A DNA stretch of 64,000 nt from a bacterium (lineage in GTDB: Bacteria > Patescibacteriota > Dojkabacteria > JAKAPS01 > JAJZLI01), in NCBI GenBank assembly GCA_021785355.1, contig JAJYFR010000002.1, positions 10,529 to 74,528 on the forward strand. Direction: 5' to 3'. The notes beneath the pieces were generated by a model that saw nothing but the letters and a program-made list of their open reading frames with translations, did not search any database and was not told where the DNA came from. Positions 1 through 10,542 of this stretch are shown in pieces. Both the position numbers and the translations under genes were made by a program. The first letter of the stretch is position 1; every line of letters starts with the position of its first letter.

Positions 1-7
1 TTCATAA

Positions 8-3000
8 TTAAAAAGATGAAACTACTGTGTAAATTATATTTGTCTGGTAAGTTCCTGCAGCCTGAGTTGAAGGCACTGCAACCTTATAGTAAATAGTATA
101 AGCAGTTGGATTACCGGTATAATTTGCCCCTGTTATATTTGTCGTATTTTGAGCAACAGTATCTCCTGGTCCAGTTAAAGAAAAAGGTGCATAGAGAGTA
201 CCAGATGAAAATAGATTTGATCCATTTATATCTGTTGCAGAACTTGTATATCCAAAACCATAATCACCCGATGGCCATAGAGCTGGAGAAGCATATGTGC
301 CTACAGAAAAATTAGGTATTGTATTACCTTCTTGAGATTGCATCAAACCTGATTCATAAGCAAAAATAGAATATCCATTATAAGCATTTGTAAGCACAGA
401 TATTGTGGATGTATTTGTTGTTGTATATGAATTTGTAGCATTCCAATTTCCCATATTAATATTTGTAGAATTCAAAGAAAATGATAATGTAGGCATTACT
501 GATTGACCCGAGGATGTCACTTGAGTACTTAATCCCGCATTATTTGTAGCTATAACTGTAACATAATAAGTCATACCAGTTTCCAAAGATAGAGATGATA
601 CACTATCTGTATTATAAGGAGAAGGATTATTTAATACTATACCCGAACTAGATAAAGAATAAATATTATTTGAACCTGGTGTAGTTCCGATTTCTACCTG
701 ATAAGGAGTAGATGCAAGCCCTGAACATGAATCAGAAAATCCTGTCCAATTACTAGATATTTCAGATATGGATTGAGTTGATTGAACCTCAGTTCCATTA
801 ATGTTTCCATCAAAAACAGAACCAGCTGTGGGAGCTGTATCTGCAACAGAAAAATTAGGATTGATTGTATTAAATACAGTAGGAGAACTAAGACCTACTG
901 AATTTTTTACAAAAGCTTGCCAATGATATCCTGCACAATTAGTAAGTCCAGTTACATCTACTGTTCCTGTAACTGATGTACCTGAGTAACTTACTGCACT
1001 CCCTGAATAATTAGGAGTTCCTGAAAAAGCTGTTCCATTTGGTTCTATCTCTATCTCAGGTGTAAGAGTATCCGTAGAGTTAGGAGAAGACATAGAAATA
1101 GTAAATACTATATTGGTAGAGACTCCCGATGAAGTCCATGTATCATTTGTTATTGCAGTTGTTCCATTAGAATCAAATTGAGCAAGAGATGATGGAGCAT
1201 TTGGAGATGAACTACCAGAAGGATAAAAATTATATTCAAAATTTATATTAATAGAAGATGAATTGGCTAAATTGTCATAAATCATAATATTTAAATAATA
1301 CATTCCTGCTGTAGAAAGAGATGATGAAGCATAACCTTCTGTGCTCTGAGTTGTACTTGGATAACCAGTAGCACTTGTACCAAAATATACACCATAATTA
1401 TTTATAGCAGAACCGTTATCAAATCCTCCTAAAAATTCGAAATATGGTGTAGGATATGAATATGGAGTAGGATTATCATAATTTAAAACTGATATACCTG
1501 AAGTGTTTTCAACATTAACATTATCTATATTCATATTAATACTATCAGAAGTACTATCTGTTACAGCACCTAGACTAAGGGTTGTCATGTTTGATACTCC
1601 TGTATTTTGAGAAGATAGAGAGGCTTGAAGTTGACCATTTAGATAGGATAATAAAGAACCTGTAGTAGAGTTTATATTTATATTTAAAATTATATAATTC
1701 CAAGTATTGAGAGGAACTATATTTGTACCTTGAGCATTAGTTGTACCTACAGAATTAACTTCTTGTATAACTGGTCCAGAAGCTGTATCTAAAAGATTTA
1801 AAGACGCTATTATGCCAGAAGCTCCAGAGATTTGAGCTAAAGTAATACTGTCTCCAGATGCAGCATATGCAACTGATGAAATATACATATAAAATCTAAC
1901 TTGAGCAGAAGATGTATTAAAGGTGTTATTAGTTATATAACTAGTACCTGCAGATGCTGTTGTCATATTGACAGAATAATTTCCTTGAAGTACTGCACCT
2001 TGAGTACTACTTTGAATTAATGGAAGTGCACTTCCTCCGTCAGAAGTCCATGCTCCAGAAGGAGAATCTGAAGTAAGTATTGTTCCAGATTCAAATCCAT
2101 TTGAAAATAATAAAGATGGCTTAGAAGACCAGCCTAACACTCCAATACTATTTGTTATCGGAGAAGATGCATCTATAGCAAAATCTGGATTTCCTCCCAT
2201 AGCAACCCATGAACTTATACCTCCATTACCAATCACTGCAGCTTGCCAGTGATATTGAGTATTTGGACTAAGCCCAGAAACTTCAATATTTGCAATAATA
2301 GATGTTCCTGAATATGAGTATAAAGAAGATTCATATACTCCTGTTCCTGTCGTAACTAAATTCGTAGTAGAACTAGTAAAAGCAGTCCCTTTTGGCTGTA
2401 TCTCTACCAAAAGATATAAAGAATCTGGATTATTAGTACTAGATATACTTGCACCTAGTAATAGATTAGTATTATTTATCCAAGAACCAGAACTCACAGT
2501 ACTTGATGCAATAGAAGAAGTTGATATAGTCAAACCAGTTGGAATGGGTATTGTTGAATTTGCATTAATAGTAACTTCAGAAGAAGGAAGAGTTTCTCCT
2601 GAAGAAGTAACCGCTGTCACCTTATAATAATAAGTTTGATTATATGGAATATCTCCTCCTATAGGATTTGTTGATGAAGACGAAATTGTAGGTGCAGTAT
2701 TTCCTGTTGTAGGCGGATTACTTGTGACAGTAGTATTAAGTCCTGAATCTATGAAAGAAAGCTGTGAACCATTATTAACTTGAAAATATTGTCCTTCACC
2801 TCCTGAAGTTATACCTCTATATATTTTATATGAAGTTGCCCCTGAGACTGCTGACCAAGAAATTGTATTCTGGTTAGTATTTGTATATGCAGTACTAGCA
2901 CTAGATAAAAGACCTATTGGAAAAGAATATACAGAAGAAAAAAATGCAGCTCCATTGTAACCTCCTATCTCATATACATAACCTCCATAGGTTACTGAAG

Positions 3001-6000
3001 TGGCATATTCTGTTGTTTGAGGAAGATATGATGTAGATGACCATGTACCTACTACACCAGGACTACTTATTGGTGCATAATATACTGAAGAAGAGTATAT
3101 TTGAGTTCCAGTATTAAATCCTCCTATTACATATATATACCCTGCATATTCTACAGATGTTGCTTGTTGTATAGCAAAGGAAAGAGATGTTGTTGTTGTC
3201 CAAGCAGTACCTAGAGCTCCATTTGAAGTTATTGATATAGAATAAACTGTAGATAAATCTGAACTTGCACCATATCCCCCTATCTCATATATATATCCTG
3301 CATATACAATTGATGTAGATCTACTAATAATCTGAGGTAAAGAAGTTGTTGTTGCCCAACTACCTAATGTACCATCTGAATTTATAGGAACATAATAAAC
3401 AGTACTTACCCTAGCACTTGTAGTTGAACTATACCCTCCTAAAAAATATATATAACCTCCATATGTAACAGATGTTGCAAATTCAATAGGCTCAGCAGTT
3501 CCTCCTCCAGAGCTTGTCTCTCCTATAGAAGTAGTCGTATTCCAACTACCTAATGTACCATCTGAATTTATATGAGAATAATATACTTCAGATAAATTGC
3601 TACTTCCATTATATCCTCCTAATACATATATATAACCTCCATATTCTACAGAGGTTGAATATAAAACTGCTTGAGGTAGACTAGCTGTTAGTGTCCAAGA
3701 TCCAATATTTCCATTATTGTATATTTGAGCATAATATACAGAGGAAAGATTTGTTGTTCCGCTTATTCCTCCTATCTCATATATATAACCTGCATACTCT
3801 ACAGAGGTTGCTCCATCTATACCAGATAAAAGAGAGGTTGTATTATTTAAAGTTCCTAAAGAACCATTTGAATTTACAGGAACATAGTATACTGTATTTA
3901 CTGCACTATTACCTGTATTATTCCCTCCTATCTCATATATATATCCGTTATATACTACTGAGGTAGAATAATCTAAAGCTTGAGGTATAGATGTTGTTGT
4001 ATACCATGAACCCAATGTGCCGTCTGTATTTATCTGAGCATAATATACACTCGATATATTATTGCTTCCATTATACCCTCCTATCTCATATATATAACCA
4101 TTGTATTCTACAACTGAAGCTCTATCTATTACTATAGGAAGAGAAGTTGTTGCTAACCAAGAAGTGCCTAGCGTTCCATTTGAATTTATAGCTATATAAT
4201 ATACAGAAGATACGTACGCTCCAGAACTAGCATTTCCTCCTATCTCATATATATAACCATTGTACACTACTGATGTTGAATATGCGTCTCCTGAACTTGT
4301 TGTAAGTGAAGTTGTATCTGCCCATGTACCCAAAGATCCATTACTATTAATAGCCACATACTCTACTACTGTAGTTATTGCAGAATTTTGTCCCCCTATC
4401 TCATATATATACCCTCCATACTCTACAGAGGTTGCTAGTTCTGATGCAGTAAGAAGAGAAGATGTTGTTGCCCATGTACCCAAAGATCCATTACTATTAA
4501 TAGCTGCATATTCTACTATAGTAGAAGCTGCTCCAGATATATTACCTCCTATTTCATATACATACCCATTATACACAACAGATGTTGCAATACTTGTAGA
4601 ATCAAGAAGTGAAGATGTTGTTGCCCATACTCCTGTAGTCCCATCTGAATTTATAGGAGCATAATAGACACTTGTTCCTCCAGAACCTCCTATTTCATAT
4701 ACATATCCAGCATATTCTACTGATGTAGCTTGATTTATAGCTTCAGGTAAACTTAACATGTTATTCCATAAATTAATCGTACCATTTGTATGAACTACAG
4801 TATAATTTACTTCTGATAAAGAAGCAGTCCCATTATATCCTCCTACTTCATATATATAACCTCCATCCTCTACAGAAGTTGCTCTTTCTGTAACTTGAGG
4901 AAGGGTATTTGTACTAGTCCAGGTACCTAGTGTGCCATTTGAATTTATTGGAACATAATATACACTAGATACTGCTGCACTTCCATTATACCCACCTATC
5001 TCGTATATATATCCATTATACTCTACAGATGTTGCACTATATATGGTTTCAGCTGTACCTCCTCCTGAACTTGTTTCTCCTAAAGCAGTTGTGGCTGTCC
5101 ATGTACCTAGTGTGCCATTTGAATTTATTGGAACATAATATACACTAGATACTGCTGCAGTAGTATATCCACTTATTTCATAAATATATCCATTATATTC
5201 TACAGATGTTGCACTAGATGTTGCACTAGGTAAAGCAGTTGTTGTTGTCCATGTCCCTACAGTTCCATTAGCATTTATAGGAGCATAATACACACTAGCT
5301 CCAGGTCCTGTACCTCCAATACAATAAAGATATCCATTATATGCTATTGATGTGGAATTATATGCAGTTTGTGCAGTACCGCCTCCTGAACTTGTTTCTC
5401 CTAAAGGAGTAGTTGTATTCCAAGAACCTAAACTTCCATTCGATTGTATTTGTGCATAATATACAGTTGATAGAGTAGCACTTCCATTATACCCTCCTAT
5501 CTCATAGATATATCCTGCATATTCTGATGAAGTAGATTCTGCAACCACTTGTGGAAGTGAGCTCGTTGCATTCCATGCACCTAATTCTCCATTACCATAT
5601 ACTTGTGAATAATATACAGAAGAAGAAGATACTCCTCCAATCTCATAGAGAAAACCATTATATGTAACTGAAGTTGCATATTCTAATAATTGAGGAATTC
5701 CAGAACTATAAAAATTTCCAAGACTACCATCTATATTATTCCAATTAATATTTCCAGTATCTATAAAAGTTGTATTTTTAGTGTCTATATATTGAGTCAT
5801 CACAGAAGATCCAATTCCTCTATATACACTATATTCAATAGCACCTACAACAGGAGTCCAAGATATTTTATTTTCTGAAGTAGATCCTGTAGTTGTTATT
5901 GAAACTGCACTAGAAGGTGGTGTTTTACCCTGTGAAGTTATAGAAGATACCTCATAATAATATGTATTAGCTGAAAGTGTACCTCCCACAGTTGATTGAG

Positions 6001-6709
6001 TAAGAGAGCTAGGAGCATTTGGAATAGGAAGTACAGTAAAACTAACAGCATTTGAAGTATTTGAAGTCGCAGTAACAATAATATTTCCAGAAGTAGACCC
6101 TGTAGGAACAAAAAATATAATAGTGCTAGTATCCCAAGAAAAAACATCTGCAGTAGGTACAGCAACTCCATTTAAAGTTATATTGTTAGTTGTAGTATCA
6201 TAATTACCTGATCCTGGATCAGCACCAAATTCATTCCCATTTATTGTAATAGTAGATCCTACCCCACCTGATGATGGAGATAGGGATGTAATACAAGGGA
6301 GAAGTGAAAATGCAATAGAAGCAGTTTTTCCTCCTACAGTAACAACAATATTACCAGTAAGAGTACCTGTATTTGAAATCGTTCCGGTTATTGATGTATT
6401 TGCCCAAGTAGAGACAGTAAAAGTACCTCCATTTACAGTAACACCATCATTTGTAGATCCAAACTTGGAACCATTTATAGTGATTCCATCCCCCACTCTT
6501 GCAGCACTTACTCCATTTGCTATAGTAGACCCACAAGTTGTGGAAGTTAAATTTACAGAAGATATTGAAGGTGGAGGAGCAGCTTCAATAAAAATACCTG
6601 TTAAAAGTAATATTGAAAAAAGTATTAAAGTTATAACAAAACTAATAAAAAAGAAGATATAGTAATTGTATCTTTTATGTATAAGAAATATTATTTTAAA
6701 AGGATTCAT
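8..6709 (-). CDS. Giant secreted/surface protein (2233 aa). N-terminal signal/TM, IPT/TIG-like and FN3-like domains, about 18-20 Kelch-type beta-propeller repeats (unit ~51 aa, motif YNGYIYEIGG...VYY.PINSNGTLGTW), a second FN3-like region, then a C-terminal WxL-like module shared with three other proteins in the window.
   Basis: Single uninterrupted ORF. The repeat consensus carries the diglycine and conserved Tyr/Trp spacing of Kelch repeats. FN3-like YYYEV/YYYKV motifs are present. The C-terminal ~150 aa aligns with the C-termini of 27327..28427, 29365..31209 and 32081..33499. Confidence 0.75.
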   Translation of the reverse strand: MNPFKIIFLIHKRYNYYIFFFISFVITLILFSILLLTGIFIEAAPPPSISSVNLTSTTCGSTIANGVSAARVGDGITINGSKFGSTNDGVTVNGGTFTVSTWANTSITGTISNTGTLTGNIVVTVGGKTASIAFSLLPCITSLSPSSGGVGSTITINGNEFGADPGSGNYDTTTNNITLNGVAVPTADVFSWDTSTIIFFVPTGSTSGNIIVTATSNTSNAVSFTVLPIPNAPSSLTQSTVGGTLSANTYYYEVSSITSQGKTPPSSAVSITTTGSTSENKISWTPVVGAIEYSVYRGIGSSVMTQYIDTKNTTFIDTGNINWNNIDGSLGNFYSSGIPQLLEYATSVTYNGFLYEIGGVSSSSVYYSQVYGNGELGAWNATSSLPQVVAESTSSEYAGYIYEIGGYNGSATLSTVYYAQIQSNGSLGSWNTTTPLGETSSGGGTAQTAYNSTSIAYNGYLYCIGGTGPGASVYYAPINANGTVGTWTTTTALPSATSSATSVEYNGYIYEISGYTTAAVSSVYYVPINSNGTLGTWTATTALGETSSGGGTAETIYSATSVEYNGYIYEIGGYNGSAAVSSVYYVPINSNGTLGTWTSTNTLPQVTERATSVEDGGYIYEVGGYNGTASLSEVNYTVVHTNGTINLWNNMLSLPEAINQATSVEYAGYVYEIGGSGGTSVYYAPINSDGTTGVWATTSSLLDSTSIATSVVYNGYVYEIGGNISGAASTIVEYAAINSNGSLGTWATTSSLLTASELATSVEYGGYIYEIGGQNSAITTVVEYVAINSNGSLGTWADTTSLTTSSGDAYSTSVVYNGYIYEIGGNASSGAYVSSVYYIAINSNGTLGTSWLATTSLPIVIDRASVVEYNGYIYEIGGYNGSNNISSVYYAQINTDGTLGSWYTTTSIPQALDYSTSVVYNGYIYEIGGNNTGNSAVNTVYYVPVNSNGSLGTLNNTTSLLSGIDGATSVEYAGYIYEIGGISGTTNLSSVYYAQIYNNGNIGSWTLTASLPQAVLYSTSVEYGGYIYVLGGYNGSSNLSEVYYSHINSDGTLGSWNTTTSIGETSSGGGTAEPIEFATSVTYGGYIYFLGGYSSTTSARVSTVYYVPINSDGTLGSWATTTSLPQIISRSTSIVYAGYIYEIGGYGASSDLSTVYSISITSNGALGTAWTTTTSLSFAIQQATSVEYAGYIYVIGGFNTGTQIYSSSVYYAPISSPGVVGTWSSTSYLPQTTEYATSVTYGGYVYEIGGYNGAAFFSSVYSFPIGLLSSASTAYTNTNQNTISWSAVSGATSYKIYRGITSGGEGQYFQVNNGSQLSFIDSGLNTTVTSNPPTTGNTAPTISSSSTNPIGGDIPYNQTYYYKVTAVTSSGETLPSSEVTINANSTIPIPTGLTISTSSIASSTVSSGSWINNTNLLLGASISSTNNPDSLYLLVEIQPKGTAFTSSTTNLVTTGTGVYESSLYSYSGTSIIANIEVSGLSPNTQYHWQAAVIGNGGISSWVAMGGNPDFAIDASSPITNSIGVLGWSSKPSLLFSNGFESGTILTSDSPSGAWTSDGGSALPLIQSSTQGAVLQGNYSVNMTTASAGTSYITNNTFNTSSAQVRFYMYISSVAYAASGDSITLAQISGASGIIASLNLLDTASGPVIQEVNSVGTTNAQGTNIVPLNTWNYIILNININSTTGSLLSYLNGQLQASLSSQNTGVSNMTTLSLGAVTDSTSDSINMNIDNVNVENTSGISVLNYDNPTPYSYPTPYFEFLGGFDNGSAINNYGVYFGTSATGYPSTTQSTEGYASSSLSTAGMYYLNIMIYDNLANSSSININFEYNFYPSGSSSPNAPSSLAQFDSNGTTAITNDTWTSSGVSTNIVFTISMSSPNSTDTLTPEIEIEPNGTAFSGTPNYSGSAVSYSGTSVTGTVDVTGLTNCAGYHWQAFVKNSVGLSSPTVFNTINPNFSVADTAPTAGSVFDGNINGTEVQSTQSISEISSNWTGFSDSCSGLASTPYQVEIGTTPGSNNIYSLSSSGIVLNNPSPYNTDSVSSLSLETGMTYYVTVIATNNAGLSTQVTSSGQSVMPTLSFSLNSTNINMGNWNATNSYTTTNTSTISVLTNAYNGYSIFAYESGLMQSQEGNTIPNFSVGTYASPALWPSGDYGFGYTSSATDINGSNLFSSGTLYAPFSLTGPGDTVAQNTTNITGANYTGNPTAYTIYYKVAVPSTQAAGTYQTNIIYTVVSSF
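2950..5700 (-). repeat. Intragenic Kelch-repeat-encoding array. It contains long identical DNA sub-repeats: a 57-bp identity at 4923-4979 versus 5103-5159, and a 35-bp identity at 4320-4354 versus 4470-4504.
   Basis: The reverse-complement YIYEIGG motif (cctcctatctcatatatata-like) recurs roughly every 150-180 bp. The exact duplicate strings are read directly from the sequence. Confidence 0.7.
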
Positions 6710-6818
6710 AATTTATAATATTAACATATAGAGTATGAAAAAGTAATTGAAAATCTTATAAAATTTTTAGCTCACAACGATCATCAGTATTAAGAAAAGT
6801 CCCTAAATATCTTGAATT

Positions 6819-6905
6819 CGGAGAGGGCGGGATTCGAACCCGCGATATTATTTCTAATATGCTAGCTTTCCAAGCTAGTGCACTAGTCCACTATGCGACC
6901 TCTCC
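6819..6905 (-). tRNA. tRNA-Ser(GGA), with a long variable arm and discriminator G; CCA is not encoded.
   Basis: The reverse complement folds as acceptor GGAGAGG/CCTCTCC, anticodon stem CTAGC/GCTAG with loop TTGGAAA (anticodon GGA), variable arm hairpin ATATTAgaaaTAATAT and T-arm GCGGG TTCGAAT CCCGC. Confidence 0.85.
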
Positions 6906-6920
6906 TTAAAAAATACATAT

Positions 6921-7520
6921 CTATTTTAACACAATAAGGTGGAAAATTAAGAAAGATATAAAAAGTAAAAAAACTAACAAACTTCCTCCTATAAGTTGAG
7001 CAATTGTATGTTTTTTTAAAGTATACCTAGAATAAAATATAAAAGGAAGAACTATGATAAAAAAAATCATTAAATATCTATTACCAATCATTATTGATAA
7101 ACATAAAAGAGAAGTAATCATTATTGCGTGAAAACTTATTTTCCATATAAATGTTATTAAGAATGCAAAAAATAAAATTAATATAAACATGAAAAGTACA
7201 TATATAAAATATATATTATAATGTTTATATACAAGAATGCCTAAAAGAAATATTAACCATAATAATATAAATATAATTGATATTAATCTAGTTTTTTTTC
7301 CATCTTCTAAATCAAAATCAATATTTTTTATTCCTTTCTTAAAACTTTCATATATTACAAAAGATATAAAAAAAAGAATAGGAATACCTATAAGTAAAAA
7401 GATGTCTAAAAAATTAAATTTCAAATTGTATCTATAAATTAAAAGTATAGCTATTAATGGCACTACAATATAGAAATCAAACACTCTAGAAATAATTATT
7501 GAAAAAACTCTTCTGTTCAT
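6921..7520 (-). CDS. Polytopic membrane protein. It may belong to the PAP2 superfamily (SFHA and SR-x5-H-x3-Q motifs), but this is uncertain.
   Basis: Five to six hydrophobic helices. Partial matches to PAP2 motifs 2 and 3; motif 1 is not clear. Confidence 0.4.
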   Translation of the reverse strand: MNRRVFSIIISRVFDFYIVVPLIAILLIYRYNLKFNFLDIFLLIGIPILFFISFVIYESFKKGIKNIDFDLEDGKKTRLISIIFILLWLIFLLGILVYKHYNIYFIYVLFMFILILFFAFLITFIWKISFHAIMITSLLCLSIMIGNRYLMIFFIIVLPFIFYSRYTLKKHTIAQLIGGSLLVFLLFISFLIFHLIVLK

Positions 7521-7774
7521 GTAAGCTTAAATGTAAGATGTATATATTATACTTAATTTTACAAATAATTATAATCCTTTTTTCTGTTCTATCAACACTC
7601 CTAATTATTACTTTTATTATATTTATACTGGTATATACCCTTACTTCGAAAGAATATTTACATAAAAAACTATTCCTCAGGCATCATAAAATTAATATTC
7701 ATCAAGATTATGTTGACGGAAAGATTTCAAAAAAAGATTATATAAAATACAAAAATGTTAAACGTACTACCTAG
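7499..7774 (+). CDS. Small membrane protein with a C-terminal SHOCT-like motif (DYVDGKISKKDYIKYK).
   Basis: N-terminal TM helix, followed by a motif resembling the SHOCT consensus (KGEIseeEYeekK). Confidence 0.35.
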   Translation: MKKLFCSCKLKCKMYILYLILQIIIILFSVLSTLLIITFIIFILVYTLTSKEYLHKKLFLRHHKINIHQDYVDGKISKKDYIKYKNVKRTT

Positions 7775-8006
7775 TTTTTTTCAAAATAATATATTTGCAT
7801 ACATAGAACTTATTTTCTATATGCTAATATATTTAATTTTTCTTTTCATAATAATTTATTTAATAATGTTCTTATTAGCATGGCTGATAATACCTAGAGA
7901 TCAACATCATAAAAGAGAAGCTATTCATTCTCTAGAAGAAAAATATAAAAAAGGAGAAATTTCAAAAAAAACATTTCTAGAAAAAAAAGAAGATATTGAA
8001 TCTTAA
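7755..8006 (+). CDS. Small membrane protein with a C-terminal SHOCT domain (LEEKYKKGEISKKTFLEKKEDI).
   Basis: TM helix plus a good match to the SHOCT motif. It forms a tandem pair with the preceding ORF. Confidence 0.45.
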   Translation: MLNVLPSFFQNNIFAYIELIFYMLIYLIFLFIIIYLIMFLLAWLIIPRDQHHKREAIHSLEEKYKKGEISKKTFLEKKEDIES

Positions 8007-8011
8007 AAAAA

Positions 8012-8554
8012 ATGAATATAAATTTTATAAAAACATTTATAAATAAAAAATCTCAAATAATAAAGTTTAAGAGTGTTGGGTGGGAAGATTTATACAATTT
8101 CATAAATTTTTTAGAAAAACATGTATCTCATTCTGAAGATTTTTTTCAAATAAATAAGATTTTTTTAGAAAAAAATGAAGTTGAAAATATGACACAATTA
8201 ATGAAATTGATTGAGGATAGAACATGCATACTTATATGTGCTTTACATAAAGATTCAATAGTAGGTTTTTCAACTATATTAAGAGACCCTAAAGATAAAA
8301 ATACAGGCTATTTTGAAATATTTATACATAGAAATCATAGAAATTCAGGAATAGGATCAGAATTTATAAAAAGTATATTAAAATATTCTAAATATATGAA
8401 AATCAAAAATATAAAACTTTCTGTAAGAGCAAATAATTATAATGCAATAAAATTATATAAAAAATTTGGTTTTGTAAAAACTCATAGAGAGAATAACAAT
8501 ATATTATATAAAAAGAATATATATTCTGAAATTTTTATGAGTAGAGTACTATAG
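8012..8554 (+). CDS. GNAT-family N-acetyltransferase.
   Basis: Acetyl-CoA-binding motif HRNSGIGSEF...AIKLYKKFGF, typical of GNAT motif A/B. Confidence 0.65.
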   Translation: MNINFIKTFINKKSQIIKFKSVGWEDLYNFINFLEKHVSHSEDFFQINKIFLEKNEVENMTQLMKLIEDRTCILICALHKDSIVGFSTILRDPKDKNTGYFEIFIHRNHRNSGIGSEFIKSILKYSKYMKIKNIKLSVRANNYNAIKLYKKFGFVKTHRENNNILYKKNIYSEIFMSRVL

Positions 8555-9046
8555 GGATTTATAACATCTTTGCCTCAATTCTTCAACTTTTTCTGTTGAA
8601 AATCTTATTCCTTTCTTATTCATTTCATTCAAAATTTTATCAAAATTATATATATCACCATTATGAGTAAATTCTGTTAATTTTTTAATACCTTCTTCTC
8701 CTATAATCTTTTTCTCTTTTAATATATGACTATAAGATCTTAATATTGTCTTTAAATAAAACAAATCTTCTTTATTAGCCGCTCTCATTTTTGAAAATTC
8801 AATCCTACTTTCTTGACCTAAAATTCTTATATACTCAGATATATTATTATTTAAAGATATTAAAAAACTATTTCTACCTACTAATATTTTATTTATTTCT
8901 TCATTAACCAAAGAACCATTTTTTTTATATCTAGGAATTATATAATTTATTTGATCCAATAAATTATCTTTCTTTTTATCTATAAAGGTAATAGATACAA
9001 CTATACCCCCAAACCTTTCTTGTATGAGAACAGATCTATTATTCAT
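8549..9046 (-). CDS. Hypothetical protein.
   Basis: ORF of plausible length with typical composition. No recognisable motif. Confidence 0.35.
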   Translation of the reverse strand: MNNRSVLIQERFGGIVVSITFIDKKKDNLLDQINYIIPRYKKNGSLVNEEINKILVGRNSFLISLNNNISEYIRILGQESRIEFSKMRAANKEDLFYLKTILRSYSHILKEKKIIGEEGIKKLTEFTHNGDIYNFDKILNEMNKKGIRFSTEKVEELRQRCYKSL

Positions 9047-9232
9047 ATAAAATAACCAACTATAGAATCATCTAATAGATTATTTATATCTATCTCTATA
9101 GATGACACTTCTTGTTCCAGTAATTCAGCATTTGACATATAAATAGCATAATGAAATAAACTGGTTATTCTACACCTTTATCGTTTGATTGTCAACTATG
9201 TAAATTGGAAAGAAGGATATAATTAGAAACTC

Positions 9233-10069
9233 TTAAGGAACACTAGACTGAGTCTTCATTGGTACATTAATAGTATGAGAATGTTGCATATAATGAGATA
9301 GTGTAGAAACAAGAGAATAGGAAGATATGATAAGTACTAGAGTAATCACAAAATATAATACTGCAACTATTATTCCTGCAATTGTCCACTTCTTTTGTGT
9401 TTTATAAAAAGAATCTAAATCTATCCACTTTTTATTTTTCCATGAGATTTGATATCCTTTATGTCCTAAATAGTAAGCCAGGAAAGAGATATACACTAAA
9501 AATACAAAGGTCAGAATAATATTTATAACATATATTCCATTATATTTTGTGACCACTCCTATAGTAGACAATATAATCAATAAAAATACATATCCTATAA
9601 ATACATATAAAGGAATAAAGTATCCATTAAAAATACCCCATAACCATGTGAAAAAAAATGCACCCCAATTCCATTTAAAAATACCTTCAGGTGATGAAGT
9701 TATTTTTGTGTTTTCATTTTTACCTGAATCATTTTGACTATAATCTTGATTTGAATTCTCCTCTTGAGTATTTGATGTATATATCTCTTTATTATTAGAA
9801 TTCATATTATTCTCTAATGTGTTAGTATTTCCTAATAAATCACTACTGACATTCTCATTTGTTATTAAAGGTTGAGAATCATTTAGATTAGTAGATTGAT
9901 TTGCTTGAGATACTGTATTATTTTCTTGTGGATTTAGAGTATTGTTCTCTTGATTAAAAGAATTATTCAAAGATTCTGTACTATTAGGATTTACATTATT
10001 AATATCAGCACTATTATTCAAAGAATTACCTTCTTCATTATTCTGTTTTTGTATTAGATCATCATTCAT
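9233..10069 (-). CDS. Membrane protein with an Asn/Ser/Gln-rich low-complexity N-terminus and a C-terminal polytopic domain (WNWGAFFFTWLWG, DUF2628-like).
   Basis: Low-complexity N-terminal half. The C-terminal half has 3-4 TM helices, with an aromatic motif similar to DUF2628 family proteins. Confidence 0.45.
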   Translation of the reverse strand: MNDDLIQKQNNEEGNSLNNSADINNVNPNSTESLNNSFNQENNTLNPQENNTVSQANQSTNLNDSQPLITNENVSSDLLGNTNTLENNMNSNNKEIYTSNTQEENSNQDYSQNDSGKNENTKITSSPEGIFKWNWGAFFFTWLWGIFNGYFIPLYVFIGYVFLLIILSTIGVVTKYNGIYVINIILTFVFLVYISFLAYYLGHKGYQISWKNKKWIDLDSFYKTQKKWTIAGIIVAVLYFVITLVLIISSYSLVSTLSHYMQHSHTINVPMKTQSSVP

Positions 10070-10134
10070 AAAAAAATAATATCATAAATTTATTAATATA
10101 TCATCTTTTTATACAGAGACCTTTTAATAGAATA

Positions 10135-10539
10135 TTAACGCTTTGAGAATTGAGGAGATTTTCTTGCTTTTACTCTGAAATATTTCTTTCTTTCAACCAT
10201 TCTAGAATCTCTTGTAAGTAAACTATTTTTAGATAAAGTACTTTTATAAGATGGATCTATTTTCGAAAGAGCTCTAGAAAGTGCTAATACTGTAGCTTTT
10301 ACTTGAGAATATATACCTCCACCACTACTTTTTACTGTAAAATAAAAACCATCAAGAGTACCTGTTATTTTTAATGGTTGAGAAATTAAAGATCTAGAAT
10401 ATAAATCTTTATAATATTCTTCATATGGTTTTCCATTTACAAAACTCTCACCTTTTCCAGAGTAAAGTCTAACACTCGAAGTTGATGTCTTATTAGTTCC
10501 TTTTGCGTAATAATAATTTTTACTTTTTTTATTTTCCAT
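10135..10539 (-). CDS. rpsI: 30S ribosomal protein S9.
   Basis: C-terminal ...RKKYFRVKARKSPQFSKR signature. Lies downstream of rplM, as in the canonical order. Confidence 0.9.
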   Translation of the reverse strand: MENKKSKNYYYAKGTNKTSTSSVRLYSGKGESFVNGKPYEEYYKDLYSRSLISQPLKITGTLDGFYFTVKSSGGGIYSQVKATVLALSRALSKIDPSYKSTLSKNSLLTRDSRMVERKKYFRVKARKSPQFSKR

Positions 10540-10542
10540 ATT

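Noticed and set aside
106-6662. Six short plus-strand ORFs (106..315, 3691..3966, 4260..4664, 5690..5878, 5938..6171, 6465..6662) inside the giant gene region.
   Set aside because: They lie entirely antisense to, or out of frame within, the continuous 2233-aa ORF. 4260..4664 merely mirrors the Kelch repeats on the opposite strand (its own sequence is internally repetitive). No independent motifs.
6819-6905. tRNA-flanked genomic island or integrated element next to tRNA-Ser and tRNA-Cys.
   Set aside because: No integrase, recombinase, transposase or direct-repeat att sites were found near either tRNA. The flanking genes are a surface protein and housekeeping genes.
7499-9046. Toxin-antitoxin or defence cassette (GNAT acetyltransferase with small adjacent proteins).
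   Set aside because: The small neighbours are membrane proteins with SHOCT-like tails, not RHH/HTH antitoxins. The GNAT gene has no overlapping partner ORF in the usual TA geometry.
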